A DNA stretch of 64,000 nt from Mobula hypostoma (GCF_963921235.1 NC_086097.1:240500001-240564000); one strand, 5' to 3'; numbered from the stretch's first letter, positions 49,824 through 62,400 are shown. A program made the numbers and translations. Notes: generated by a model not told the origin, from the letters alone.

Positions 49824-51020
49824 TGTCATGGTCCGGTCCGTGAAGTCTGTATTGCGGGTCATGGTCCAGTCCATTGACCCTTGCTCCAGGTTTTCCTATC
49901 TACCCTGTTTCTGTTCTTGTTGAGCTAATTGAGGCAGCTGATGCTCGTTGGGGCTGGCTGCATAAATACCTTCAGAGACCAGGGTGTGGCTGCTGGATTG
50001 TTCTTGTCCTTACTCCTTGTATCCCTTTCTCTGGCTTCTGTTTCCTCGCCTGAAGCCCAGCCTTGTCTTGCTGGTAACTCTCGCCTCGCCTGAAGTTCTC
50101 GTCTCGTCTTGCTTTGCCAGAAGCCTTGCCTTGTCTTGCCGGTAACTCTCGCCTCGTCTCGCCTGCAGTCTTGTCCTGGAGCCACCCTGTACCTAGCTCC
50201 CTTCCTGTCCCTTGCCTCTGCCCAGATAAGCCAGGCTGTCTTGCCATTACCTGGGGTTGGTTCCGTCCCTTCCTAGCTCTTGCCTCCATCGGGTAAGCCA
50301 GGCTGTCTTGCTGTTTCCTACGGTTGGTTCTGTCCCTTGCTGTCCCTTGCCTCTGTCGGGTAAGCCAGGCCATCTTGCCGTTACCTGCGGTTGGTTCTGT
50401 CCCTTCCTCTTCCATGCCTCTGTCGGGTGGTGATCCACGCCCTGCCCAAGTGATCCACGCCCTGCCCAGGAGGAGTCTGCCAAGCCTTGCCTCCCGCCTC
50501 CCGCCTCCCCTCATCTCCAGCCTCCAGCCTCCATCCTCCAGCCTTCTGCCAAGCCTCGCCTCGTCTTTTGCCTAGCCTCTAGCCTGAAGACTGCAGCCTC
50601 CTGCCTAGCCTCGAGCCTGAAGACTGCAGCCTCCTGCCTAGCCTCGAGCCTGAAGACTGCAGCCTCCTGCCTAGCCTCGAGCCTGAAGACTGCAGCCTCT
50701 GGCCTCTTGCCAAGCCAAGCCAAGTTTCTAGTCTCTAGCCTCAAGCCTGAAGATCCCAGTTTTGTCCTGCCTGCCTGCCAAGCCTCATCCTTGCCTAGTT
50801 CTGGGGTCTGAGCCAAAGGCAAGACCCAGGTACTGGGTCCTTGTCCAGTCTCTGGCTCAGAGTCCAAGCCCGGGCTCCTAGCTCTCTTGCCCAGTCCTGT
50901 TCCGGGTTCCCCGTTTTCCTGTCCATGTCCTTGCCATCGCCCTGTTTCTTGGTCCTGTCCCTAGTACTTCAGTGTCTGTGTCTTGCACTTGGGTCCGTTC
51001 CCAGCCATCGCCTTATGACT
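49824..51020 (+). mobile_element. Solo LTR, Gypsy-like (TGTCATG...ATGAC-), with internal tandem repeats
   Basis: 5-bp TSD CTAGC at 49819-49823 and 51021-51025; CATAAATA near 49961; shares ends with 51839-53151. Confidence 0.8.
50570..50700 (+). repeat. 33-bp minisatellite, about 4 copies
   Basis: GCCTAGCCTCGAGCCTGAAGACTGCAGCCTCCT repeated; gives EAAVFRLEARQ repeats in ORF 50511..50867. Confidence 0.9.
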
Positions 51021-51103
51021 CTAGCTTCTGCCCCATGTTTTTCAGTCCTGATGATGGGCCTCAGCCCAAAACGTCAAATGTTCATTCTCCTTCATATGTG
51101 GAC

Positions 51104-53448
51104 ATAGAACATAGAAATCTACAGCACGTTTACCGGCCCTTCGGCCCACGATGTTGTGCCAACCATGCAACCTACTCTAGAAACTGCCTAGAATTTCTCT
51201 ACCGCACAGCCCTCCATTTTTCTAAGCTCCATGTACCTATCTAAGAGTCTCTTAAAAGACCCTATTGTATCTACTTCCACCACTGCCACTGGCAGTGCAT
51301 TCCACACACGCACCACTCTGTGTGAAAAACCTACCCCTGACATCCCCTCGGTACCTATTTTCTTAAAACTATGCCCCTTCAGGTTAGCCATTTCAGCCCT
51401 GGGGAAAAGCCTCTGGCTATCCACAATATCAAAGCCCCTCATCATCTTATACACCTCCATCAGGTCACCTCTCATCCTCCGTCATTCCAAGGAGAAAAGG
51501 CCAAGTTCACTCAACCTATTCTCATAAATTATGCTCTCTAATCCAGGCAACATCCTTGTAAATCACCTCTGCACTCTCTATAGTATCTATATCCTTCCTG
51601 TAGTAAGGTGACCAGAACTGAATACAGACTTCTAAGTGGGGTCTGACTAAGGTCTTGTATAGCTGTAACATTACCTGATGGCTCTTGAACTCAGTCCCAT
51701 GGTTGATAAATGCCAACACACCGTATGCCTTTTTAACAACACTGTCAACCTGCGTAGCAGTTTTGAATGTCCTATGGACACAGACCCCAAGGTCTCTCAG
51801 ATCCTCCACACTGCCAAGAGTTTTACCACTAATATTATTGTCATGGTCCGGTCCGTGAAGTCCGCATTCCGATTCACAGTCCAGTCCATCAATTCCTTAT
51901 TCTGGGTTTTCTTGTTTTCCCTTGTTCTATTGGGTGCCTTAATTGAGGCACCTGATTCTCATTTTGGGCTGGCACATAAATACCTCTCAAACCAAAGATT
52001 CCCTGCTGGACTGTTCCCTTCCCCTCCCCACCTGAATCCCTGGCAGTTAGTTTGGCAGTTTATCTCAACAGTTACTTTGTCTGTAACCTTCGTCTGTTAC
52101 CTTACCTGCAACCTCGCCTACGTCCTCACCAGTATCGCCGTCTAGTTCAAGCGCTGAAGTGAGACTGGAGCCTTGCCATGCCAAGATGCGGAACTATTAT
52201 TGGTGAGTTTGGAACTGTCTCTTTGTGTCCCTGTGTTTAGAGTCTGTGTCAAAGAAGAGTTCCGGCCCTAGGTCCTGTTCCCAAGGAGGGGTCCTGACTA
52301 TGTGTCCTGTGTTCCTGTGCTCCAAGTTCCAGCCACTGTGTTCCGGTCCTGTCCAAATCAAGGCTTTGTGTTCTCGTCCTGTCCATGTGCCTCACCCAGC
52401 CCAGTGCTGGAGATTCCTTGTCCTGTGCTGGATTGTTCCCATCTGAATCCTTGGCAGTTTACTTCGGCAGTCATCGCGGCCCTGTGTCCAAGAAAGGGTC
52501 CCAGCCCTGCGTCCAAGAAAGGGTCCCAGCCCTGCGAAAGCATCCCGGCCCTGTGTTCTAGAAAGGGTCCTGGCCCTGTGCTCCAAGGAGCAGTCCCGGC
52601 TCCGTACCCAAGAGCCTAACCAAGCCGATTCCAAGAGCTGAGCCAAACATAGTCCAAGAGCTTCATCCTGCCCTGGAGTACCTCGTCCAGTCCACATCCA
52701 AGGCTCTGTGTTCCAAGACCAAGTCCAGGCGCTGTATTCCAGCCCTGTCCAAATCTGAGCTTCATGTCCTCATCTAGTTTGGGTGCCTCGCCCAGCCCAG
52801 TAGCCATGTCCTGTCCTTGCCAAGATCCCAGTCCCAAGTCCTAGCCTAGACCCCGGTTTCCGGTTCCGAGTCCCACCAAGATCCAGGTTCCAGGTCCTTG
52901 TCCAGGCTCTGGTTCCGGAGTTCCATGTTCCTAGTCCAGGCTCTGGTTCCTAGTTCCCTGTCCAGGTCCTGTGTTTCTAGTCCAAGTCCAATCCCAGGCC
53001 CTGAATCCTAATCTCATCCAGGGCCTGTGTCAATGCCCAGCATGGTTTCTTCCTGACTCCCTTTGCTTTCTTGATAAACCTTGTCCTGTTCCTAGTACCT
53101 CCAGTGTCTGCATTTTGCATTTGGGTCCGCCATCAACACTCCCTCATGACAATTGTATTCTGTCTTCAAACTGGACCTACCAAAATGAACCACTTCACAC
53201 TTATCAGGGTTGAAGTCCATCTGCCACATCTCAGCCCAGTTCTGCATCCCATCAAAGTCCCACTGTAACTTTTGACAACCCTCCAAACTATTCACAACAC
53301 CCCCAACCTTTGTGTCATCAGCAAACTCACTAACCCACCTTTCTACTTCTTTATACAGGTCACTTATAAAAACCACAAAGAAGAGGGGTCCCTGCAGAAC
53401 ATCACTGGTCACCAACCTCAATGCAGAATACGAACCATCTACAATCAC
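51104..53448 (-). mobile_element. CR1 family C 3' part split by a solo LTR
   Basis: ORFs 53092..53514 (EFADDTKVGG), 51522..51809, 51188..51475; tail ACATAGAACATAGAA at 51102. Confidence 0.85.
51839..53151 (+). mobile_element. Solo LTR, Gypsy-like, related to 49824-51020
   Basis: TGTCATG...CATGACA termini; TSD ATTAT/ATTGT; shared start TGTCATGGTCCGGTCCGTGAAGTC and end CCTAGTAC..CAGTGTCTG...GCA.TTGGGTCCG. Confidence 0.85.
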
Positions 53449-55596
53449 CAGGAAATATGCAATCTGAAATAGGTAAAGAACAATGTGGTTTTGTGAAAGA
53501 CAAAGGTACAACAAACGTAATATTGATGCTAAGGATACTATCAGAATGAGCTACTCAAGTGCAAAAAGATTTGTTTCTTTGTTTCATCGACTACACAAAA
53601 GCATTTGATAAACTGAAGCACAATAAGTTATTTGAAATATTACAGAAAACTCTAGATCTAGATTCGAAAGACCTCCGCCTAATCAGAAATCTGTACTGGG
53701 AACAAACAGCCGCTGTGAGAATACCTGTAGATGGAGAAGTGAGTCAGTTTACGAAAATCAAGAGAGACGTTAGACAAGGGTGTGTTTTCTCCCTGATTTA
53801 TTTAATGTGTGCAGTGAAACAATATTACAAAAATTAAGAGACATCTTGGGAAACAAAGTTGGCGGTGAAAATATCAAAAATTTCAGATACGCAGATGACA
53901 TCGTGTTAATTGCAAGTACGGTGGAAGAACTACAAAACTTAATTGATATAATTGTTGAAGAAAGTGCAAAAATGGGTCTATCTATCAATTGCAAAAAGAC
54001 AATGTATGGTGATATCCAAAAAGAAGGAGATTCCTATCTGCAGGCTGAGAATAAATGGGGAAGACATAAAACAAGTACAGAACTTTTGCTACTTAGGAAG
54101 CTGGGTGACATCAGATGGCAGGTGTGACATGGACATCAAAAGAAGAATAGGGATGGCAAAAGAGACCTTTACAAGAATGAAGAGTATACTGACCAATACT
54201 AAACTAGGCATGACAACCCGCCTCAGAGTACTGAAATGTTACGTTTATCCAGTTATGTTATATGGCTCAGAATGTTGGACAATATCTAGTAACATGAGGA
54301 AACGAATTGTAACAGCAGAGATGTGTTTTTTAAGTAGGATGCAAAATATCATGGACGAAACAAATATCTAACAAGGATGTCATGAACAGAGCAAGCACAA
54401 AAAGAGAAATAATGTATGAGATCATGAAAAGCCAATGTAACTTCATTGGACATGTGCGGATGACACGAATCTGGGTGGCAGTGTTAGCTGTGAGGAGGAT
54501 GCTAAGAGGATGCAGAGTGACTTGGATAGGTTGGGTGAGTGGGCAAATTCATGGCAGATGCAATTTAATGTGAAGTTATCCACTTTGGTGGCAAAAATAG
54601 GAAAACAGATTATTATCTGAATGGTGGTCGATCAGGAAAAGGGGAGGTGCAATGAGACCTGGGTGTCATTATACACCAGTCATTGAAAGTGGGCATGCAG
54701 GTACAGCAGGCGGTGAAAAAGGCGAATGGTATGCTGGCATTTATAGCGAGAGGATTCGAGTACGGGAGCAGGGAGATACTACTGCAGTTGTACAAGGCCT
54801 TGGTGAGACCACACCTGGAGTATTGTGTGCAGTTTTGGTCCCCTAATCTGAGGAAAGACATCCTTGCCATAGAGGGAGTACAAAGAAGGTTCACCAGATT
54901 GATTCCTGGGTTGGCAGGACTTTCATATGAAGAAAGACTGGATGAACTGGGCTTGTACTCGTTGGAATTTAGAAGATTGAAGGGGAATCTTATTGAAACG
55001 TATAAAATCCTAAAGGGATTGGACAGGCTAGATGCAGGAAGATTGTTCCTGATGTTGGGGAAGTCCAGAACGAGGGGTCACAGTTTGAGGATAAAGGGGA
55101 AGCCTTTTAGGACCGAGATTAGGAAAAACTTCTTCACACAGAGTGTGGTGAATCTGTGGAATTCTCTGCCACAGGAAACAGTTGAGGCCAGTTCATTTGG
55201 CTATATTTAAGAGGGAGTTAGATATGGCCCTTGTGGCTATGGGGATCAGGGGGTATGGAGGGAAGGCTGGGGTGGGGTTCTGAGTTGGATGATCAGCCAT
55301 GATCATAATAAATGGCAGTGCAGGCTCGAAGGGCCGAATGGCCTACTCCTGCACCTATTTTCTATGTTTTCTATGTTTCTATGTGATTAGGAAAGAGGAG
55401 TTAGAATGCACAGTAATTATGGGAAAGATTAAAGGGAAGAAAGCAAGAGGAAGATAAAAACAAATGATGATGGAGACAGCAGCCAGAGAACTGGAAATGA
55501 ATACCAATGAATTGATCCACTTGACCCGAAACAGGAGTGTGTGGGCCATGGCATTCAAAACTCAAACTGGACATGGCACCTGATGATGATGATGAT
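53449..55596 (+). mobile_element. RTE-clade LINE 3' half with (GAT)n tail, split by a young CR1
   Basis: ORFs 53559..53837 (CFIDYTKAFDKL), 53780..54127 (FRYADD), 53952..54371; same family as 25001-29932. Confidence 0.9.
54457..55380 (+). mobile_element. Young CR1 3' fragment (CTATGTTT family)
   Basis: ORF 54683..55210; ATGTG duplicated at 54452-54456 and 55381-55385. Confidence 0.95.
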
Positions 55597-56075
55597 TGTA
55601 ATGTAATTGACTAATTTTATGTTATTGTATATCCTTTAATGACTACTTCTTAGCCAATAATGAAGTTTCTTGCTTCAGTGCAATATATCATTTCAGAGAA
55701 TAATATTAACATTTGATCAATATAATATAACAGCAAAGTCCAGAGGGCAAAGCCAAAGGTCAAAGTCCAGAAATTGGCTAATCTGGATGTAGAAGTCCCG
55801 AAAGGTTGAAAACCGAAGTCGGCAAGTCCAGATTTAGGCCCGCAGGTCGAATCTGTGAGTCCAAGACAGGAACTCAAGTTTGGAGGCCCGATGTCTGCGA
55901 ATGTGAAGGAATGGAGAGCTAGAGGTGGCCTGTCCTAGGGCGGAGGCCTTTGTGTATGTGGTATTGTAAGTATTCTATGTTGGCACCAGAATGCGGGTGA
56001 CACCTAAGGGCTACACCAGCACACCCTTGGTTGTTAACACAAATGACTCATTTCAATATATGTCTCCATGTACCT

Positions 56076-56478
56076 AGAAACATAGAAAACCTACAGCACG
56101 ATACTGGCCCTTTGGCCCACAAAGCTGTGCCAAACATGTCCTTACCTTAGAACTACCTAGGCCTACCCATAGCCCTTTATTTTTCTAAGCTCCATGTATC
56201 CATCCAGGAGTCTCTTAAAAGACCCTATCGTTTCCGTCTTCACCACTGCTGCCGGCAGCCCATTCCACGCACTCACTACTCTCTGCATAAAAAAACGTAC
56301 CCCTGACATCTCCTCTGTACCTACTTCCAAGCACCTTAAAACTATGCCATCTCATGCTAGCCATTTCAGCCCTGGGGAAAAAGCCTCTGACTATCCACAT
56401 GATCAATGCCTCTCATCATCTTATACGCCTCTTAGGTCACCTCTCATCCTCCGTCGCTCCAAGGAGAAAAGGCCGAGT
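56076..56478 (-). mobile_element. CR1 family C 3' fragment inside the non-autonomous repeat 55735-56512
   Basis: ORF 56215..56406 FPRAEMAS...HSFKVLGSRYRGDVRG; tail TAGAAACATAGAAAA. Confidence 0.85.
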
Positions 56479-57056
56479 TTTAAAATGTGATAAATAAATC
56501 CAAATCTGAATCTCAATTACATCTGGGTGTCCTGTCACTTCCGTTTTCCTGCGGGGGTTTCTATCCCTTTTATGACATGGACCAACACCATCAAGCAAGG
56601 GGTCCATCGGCTCCCGGTTGGGAACCCCTTGATGATGCACTTTGCTTGTAGTGCTCTTTGCATTGTAGGTATTTGTAAAACAGTCCCATATTTTCTCAAG
56701 GTTGCGTGAAGAGTTTCCTTGACTTAATTCCTTTTCTTCCTTTTACACAGTGCCCTCTTTCAGCAATGCTTTAATTTTGTTAATTATATTAACCCAGAAT
56801 GAAGGATAGCTGAAATTACACTACCTCTGGTGTTGGAGTGTTCACTGAAAGTATAATAGAAGGAAATATGATTTGTTGGGATGCAATGTAGCTATTGTGA
56901 ACTTTGGTACATCATCCTTCTAGCTGAAAGATATTGATGTTGAACTGCCCAGTTTCTCCTGTGATAATTTATGTACGATTTGTTCTCGAGGCTTTGACTC
57001 GAGAGGCTTTGATGAGGAGAGGTGGAGGATGAGCTTGTTCCCAGTTGGTTTTTGCA

Positions 57057-57998
57057 ATGCCTCCTGAGACGGTGATGTGCCTCTCATGTGAGATGTGGCA
57101 GTGTTGGGGGAACTCCCCTCTCCCGCAGAGTCATATCTGCCAGAAGAACATGCGGCTGGGCGATCTGGAAGACCGTGTCAGCAATCTGGAGCAGCAGCTG
57201 GATGACCTTCGGCTCATAATGGAGAATGAGGCAGTCATAGATGAGAGCTACAGGGAGGTAGTCACACCTAGGCAGTTGGAAGCAGGTCGTTGGGTGTCAG
57301 TCAGAGGGGGGAAAGCGAAGGTGAGCAGACAGGTAGTGCAGAGCACCCCTGTAGCCATTCCCCTGAATAATAAGTTTACCATCCTGGATACCGTTGGCGG
57401 GGATGACCGACCAGGTGTGAGCCACGGTGGCAGGGCCTCCGGCACTGAGTCTGACCCTGTGGTGCAGAAGGGTGGGATGGAGAAGAGGAGAGCTGTCGTC
57501 ATTGGAGACTCTATAGTCAGGGGAGCAGACAGGAGATTTTGTGGACGTGAGAAGGACACCCGCATGGTTTGTTGCCTCCTGGGTGCCAGGGTCCGGGATG
57601 TCTCTGACCAGCTGCACGACATCCTGGTACAAGAGGGAAAGCAACCAGAAGTCGTGATACATGTTCGTATCAATGACATAGGCAGGAAGAGGGATGAGGT
57701 CCTGAAGTGTGAGTTTCAGGAACTAGGTAGAAGGCTGAAGAACAGGACCTTAAGGGTGCCGTTCTCAGGATTGCTTCCAGTGCTACGTAATAGTGATGGT
57801 AAGAATTGGAGGAGAGGGCAGTTGAATGCGAGGCTGAGGATTTGGTGCAGGGAGCAGGGTTTTAGACTTTTGGGTCACTGGGATCTCTTCTGGGGAAGGT
57901 GGGACCTGTACAGATTGGATGGGTTGCACCTGAACTCGAGGGGGAGCAATATCCTTGCAGGTAGGTTTGCTAGCATGGTTCGGGAGAGTTTAAACTAA
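57057..57998 (+). CDS. CR1 LINE ORF1p: zinc-finger, coiled coil, SGNH/GDSL esterase domain (open frame, probably decayed)
   Basis: Uninterrupted from ATG 57057; CLSC...HICQKN, LEDRVSNLEQQLDDL, VVIGDSIVRG, HVRINDIG (GTND in sibling copies), DGLHLN. Confidence 0.85.
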   Translation: MPPETVMCLSCEMWQCWGNSPLPQSHICQKNMRLGDLEDRVSNLEQQLDDLRLIMENEAVIDESYREVVTPRQLEAGRWVSVRGGKAKVSRQVVQSTPVAIPLNNKFTILDTVGGDDRPGVSHGGRASGTESDPVVQKGGMEKRRAVVIGDSIVRGADRRFCGREKDTRMVCCLLGARVRDVSDQLHDILVQEGKQPEVVIHVRINDIGRKRDEVLKCEFQELGRRLKNRTLRVPFSGLLPVLRNSDGKNWRRGQLNARLRIWCREQGFRLLGHWDLFWGRWDLYRLDGLHLNSRGSNILAGRFASMVRESLN

Positions 57999-58104
57999 TT
58001 TGCAAGGGGGATGGGACCCAGAGCAATAGAGAAGTGAAAGAAGTGCATGGAGTAAAGCCAGATCTAACATATAGAGAGGCTTTGAGGAAAGAGCAACAGA
58101 ATAA

Positions 58105-58925
58105 AAGGTGTCACAGCATGTTGACAGGCCGACTAAGGGGAATGCCATACTAGATCTAGTATTAGGTAACAAACCGGGTCAGGTCACAGATCTCTCAGTG
58201 GGTGAGCATCAGGGGGACAGTCACCACCACTCCCTGGCCTTCAGCATTATCATGGAAAAGGACAGAATCAGAGGACAGGAAAATTTTTAATTGGGGAAGC
58301 AAGTAAGGAGGCTATAAGGCTAGAACTTGCGGATGTGAATTGGGATGATGTTTCTGCAGGGAAATGTACTATGGACATGTGATCGATGTTTAGGGATCTC
58401 TTGCAGGATGCTAGGGATAAATTTGTCCCGGTGAGGAAGATAAAGAATGGTAGGGTGAAGGAACCATGGGTGACAAGTGAGGTGGAATTCTAGTCAGGTG
58501 GAAGAAGGCAGCATACATGAGGTTTAGGAAGCAAGGATCAGATGAGTCTACTGAGGAATATAGGGAAGCAAGAAAGGAGCCTAAGAAGGGGCTGAGAAGA
58601 GCAAGAAGGTGGCATGAGAAGGCCTCGGTAAAGGAAAACTCCAAGGCATTCTTCAAGGTTGGTGGTGTTGTAGATAGTGTAGAGGATTGTCGAAGATTTC
58701 AGAGAGACATTGATAGGATGCAGAAGTGGGCTGAGAAGGCAGGAGATTGGGGCTGAAATGAAAATTGGATCAGCCATGATGAAATGGCAGAGCAGATGCG
58801 AAGGGCCAAAAGGCCTAATTTTGCTCCTATATCTTATGGCCTTATAGTGATCTATGGAAATGAGTAAACAGACAAGATGTGCCAAAGGACCTGTTTCTGT
58901 GCTGTACTTCTCTGATTCGATGACC
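58105..58925 (+). mobile_element. Deleted CR1 ORF2 fragments and 3' tails downstream of ORF1
   Basis: QHVDRPTKGNAILDLVLGN; ENSKAFF joined directly to KVGGVVDSVE (large deletion). Confidence 0.8.
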
Positions 58926-59489
58926 CTAAATCAATGCTGCAACCAAATACCTAACTCACGCTAGAACACGTCATCTGACCCACCACACCAGCCTAGCATG
59001 CAAAATCTTGTCAAAGGCCTTGCTAAAGTACATGTAAACAATGTCTACCACCCTGCTCTTGTCAATTCTGTTGGTGATCTCTTTGAAAAACTCAACCAAT
59101 TTCATGAGACATGATTTCCCAAGCATAAGTCTTTGCTGACTATCTCAAATCAGTCCTTGCTTTTCCAGAGAAGCACCAACAACGGGTTGGAGGATCAGGC
59201 AGCATCTATGGAGGGGAATAAACAGTTGACATTTTGGACAAACACAGATGGATCCTGTCTCTGAGAAACTCCCCCAGTAACTTTTCCACAACTGATGTTA
59301 GACTCACAGGCAGGATTTCCCTGACGTGTGGTTGCAATTCTATTTAAATAAAGATATAACATTAGCTGCCTTCCAGGTACCTCACATGTAACTAACAAAT
59401 ATACAATTACCTCTGTCAGGGACCCCACAATTTCGTCTGACTTCTCACAATGTCCTAAGATACATTAGGTCAGGCTCCAGGGATTTTTC

Positions 59490-62400
59490 AAAGTTCAAAT
59501 TCAAAGTAAAATATATTATCAGAGTGTATCAGAATCAGAATCAGGTTTATTATCACCGGCATGTGTCATGAAATTCGTTAATTTAGCAGCAGCAGTTCAA
59601 AGAAATGCCCCTTGGGTAAGAGTGACCATAATATGGTGGAATTCTTCATTAAGATGGAGAGTGACATAGTTAATTCAGAAACAAAGGTTCTGAACTTAAA
59701 GAGGGGTAACTTTGAAGGTATGAGACGTGAATTAGCTAAGATAGACTGGCAAATGACACTTAAAGGATTGAGGGTGGATATGCAATGGCAAGCATTTAAA
59801 GGTTGCATGGATGAACTACAACAATTGTTCATCCCAGTTTGTCAAAAGAATAAATCAAGGAAGGTAGTGCACCCGTGGCTGACAAGAGAAATTAGGGATA
59901 GTATCAATTCCAATGAAGAAGCATACAAATTAGCCAGAGAAAGTGGCTCACCTGAGGACTGGGAGAAATTCAGAGTTCAGCAGAGGAGGACAAAGGGCTT
60001 AATTAGGAAGGGGAAAAAAGATTATGAGAGAAAACTGGCAGGGAACATAAAAACGGACTGTAAAAGCTTTTATAGATATGTAAAAAGGAAAAGACTGGTA
60101 AAGACAAATGTAGGTCCCCTGCAGACAGAAACAGGTGAATTGATTATGGGGACCATGGACATGGCAGACCAATTGAATAATTACTTTGGTTCTGTCTTCA
60201 CGAAGGAGGACATAAATAATTTTCCAGAAATAGTAAGGGACAGAGGGTCCAGTGAGATGGAGGAACTGAGCGAAATACATGTTAGTAGGGAAGTGGTGTT
60301 AGGTAAATTGAAGGGATTGAAGGCAGATAAATCCCCAGGGCCAGATGGTCTGCATCCTAGAGTGCTTAAAGAAGTAGCCCAAGAAATAGTGGATGCATTA
60401 GTGATAATTTTTCAAAACTCGTTAGATTCTGGACTAGTTCCTGAAGATTGGAGGGTGGCTAATGTAACCCCACTTTTTAAAAAAGGAGGGAGAAAGAAAC
60501 CGGAGAATTGTAGACCGGTTAGCCTAATGTCGGTGGTGGGGACAAGGTCCCACACAGGAGATTAGTGTGCAAACTTAAAGCACACGGTATTGGGGGTAAG
60601 GTATTGGTGTGGGTGGAGAATTGGTTAGCAGACAGGAAGCAAAGAGTGGGAATAAACGGGACCTTTTCAGATTGGCAGGCGGTGACTAGTGGGGTACCGC
60701 AAGGCTCAGTGCTGGGACCCCAGTTGTTTACAATATATATTAATGACTTGGATGAGGGAATTAAATGCAGCATCTCCAGGTTTGCGGATGACACGAAGCT
60801 GGGTGGCAGTGTTAGCAGTGAGGAGGATGCTAAGAGGATGCAGGGTGACTTGGATAGGTTGGGTGAGTGGGAAAATTCATGGCAGATGCAATTTAATGTG
60901 GATAAATGTGAAGTTATCCACTTTGGTGGCAAAAATAGGAAAACAGATTATTATCTGAATGGTGGCCGATTAGGAAAAGGGGAGGTGCAACGAGACCTGG
61001 GTGTCATTATACACCAGTCATTGAAAGTGGGCATGCAGGTACAGCAGGCGGTGAAAAAGGCGAATGGTATGCTGGCATTTATAGCGAGAGGATTCGAGTA
61101 CAGGAGCAGGGAGGTACTACTGCAGTTGTACAAGGCCTTGGTGAGACCACACCTGGAGTATTGTGTGCAGTTTTGGTCCCCTAATCTGAGGAAAGATATC
61201 TTTGCAATAGAGGGAGTACAAAGAAGGTTCACCAGATTGATTCCTGGGATGGCAGGACTTTCGTATGAAGAAAGACTGGATGAATTGGGCTTGTACTCGT
61301 TGGAATTTAGAAGATTGAGGGGGGATCTGATTGAAACATATAAGATCCTAAAGGGATTGGACAGGCTAGATGCAGAAACATTGTTCCCGATGTTGGGGAA
61401 GTCCAGAACGAGGGGTCACAGTTTGAGGATCGAGGGGAAGCCTTTTAGGACCGAGATTAGGAAAAACTTCTTCACACAGAGAGTGGTGAATCTGTGGAAT
61501 TCTCTGCCACAGGAAACTGTTGAGGCCAGTTCATTGGCTATATTTAAGAGGGAGTTAGATATGGCCCTTGTGGCTACGGGGGTCAGGGGGTATGGAGGGA
61601 AGGCTGGGGCGGGGTTCTGAGTTGGATGATCAGCCATGATCATAATAAATGGCGGTGCAGGCTCGAAGGGCCGAATGGCGTACTCCTGCACCTATTTTCT
61701 ATGTTTCTATAATATACATAAATAAATTACAGTATGTATATTGAAAGATTAAAAATCTCGCAAAAAAAACAGAAGTAATATATATTTAAAAAGTGGGATA
61801 GTGTCCAAGGTTTCAATGTCTATTTAGGAATCGGATGGCAGAGGGGAAGAAGCTGTTCCTGAATCACTGAGTGTGTGCCTTTAATCTTCTGTACCTCCTA
61901 TCTGATGGTGAGATGGGTACTGGAGGTCCTTAATAATGGATGCTGCCTTTCTGAGACACTGCTCCTTAAAGATCTCCTGAGTACTTTGTAGGCTAGTACC
62001 CAAGATGGAGCTGACTGAATTTACAACCCTCTGCAGCTTCTTTCAGTCCTGTGCAGTAGCCCCCACCAGCCCCCCATACTAGACAGTGATGCAGCCTGTC
62101 AGAATGCTTTCCACGGTACATCTATAGAAGTTTATTTGTGTATTTGTTGACATACTAAATCTCTTTAAACTTCTAATGAAGTATAGCCACTGTCTTGCTG
62201 CCTTTATAACTTCATCAATATGTTGGGACCAGTTTAGATCCTCAGAGATCTTGACACCCAGGAACTTGAAACTGCTCACTCCCTCCACTTCTGATCCCTC
62301 TATGAGGATTGGTTTGTGTTCCTTCGTCTTACCCTTCCTGAAGTCCACAATCAGCTCTTTCGTCTTACTGACATTGAGTGCCAGGTTGTTGCTGCGACAC

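Noticed and set aside
50570..50700. 33-bp direct repeats as a possible CRISPR array
   Set aside because: Head-to-tail with no spacers, inside an LTR, eukaryotic context, no cas genes
49925..52837. Long GC-rich ORFs (e.g. 49972..50514, 50511..50867) as host or gag genes
   Set aside because: Low-complexity products of tandem repeats in LTRs; no recognisable domain
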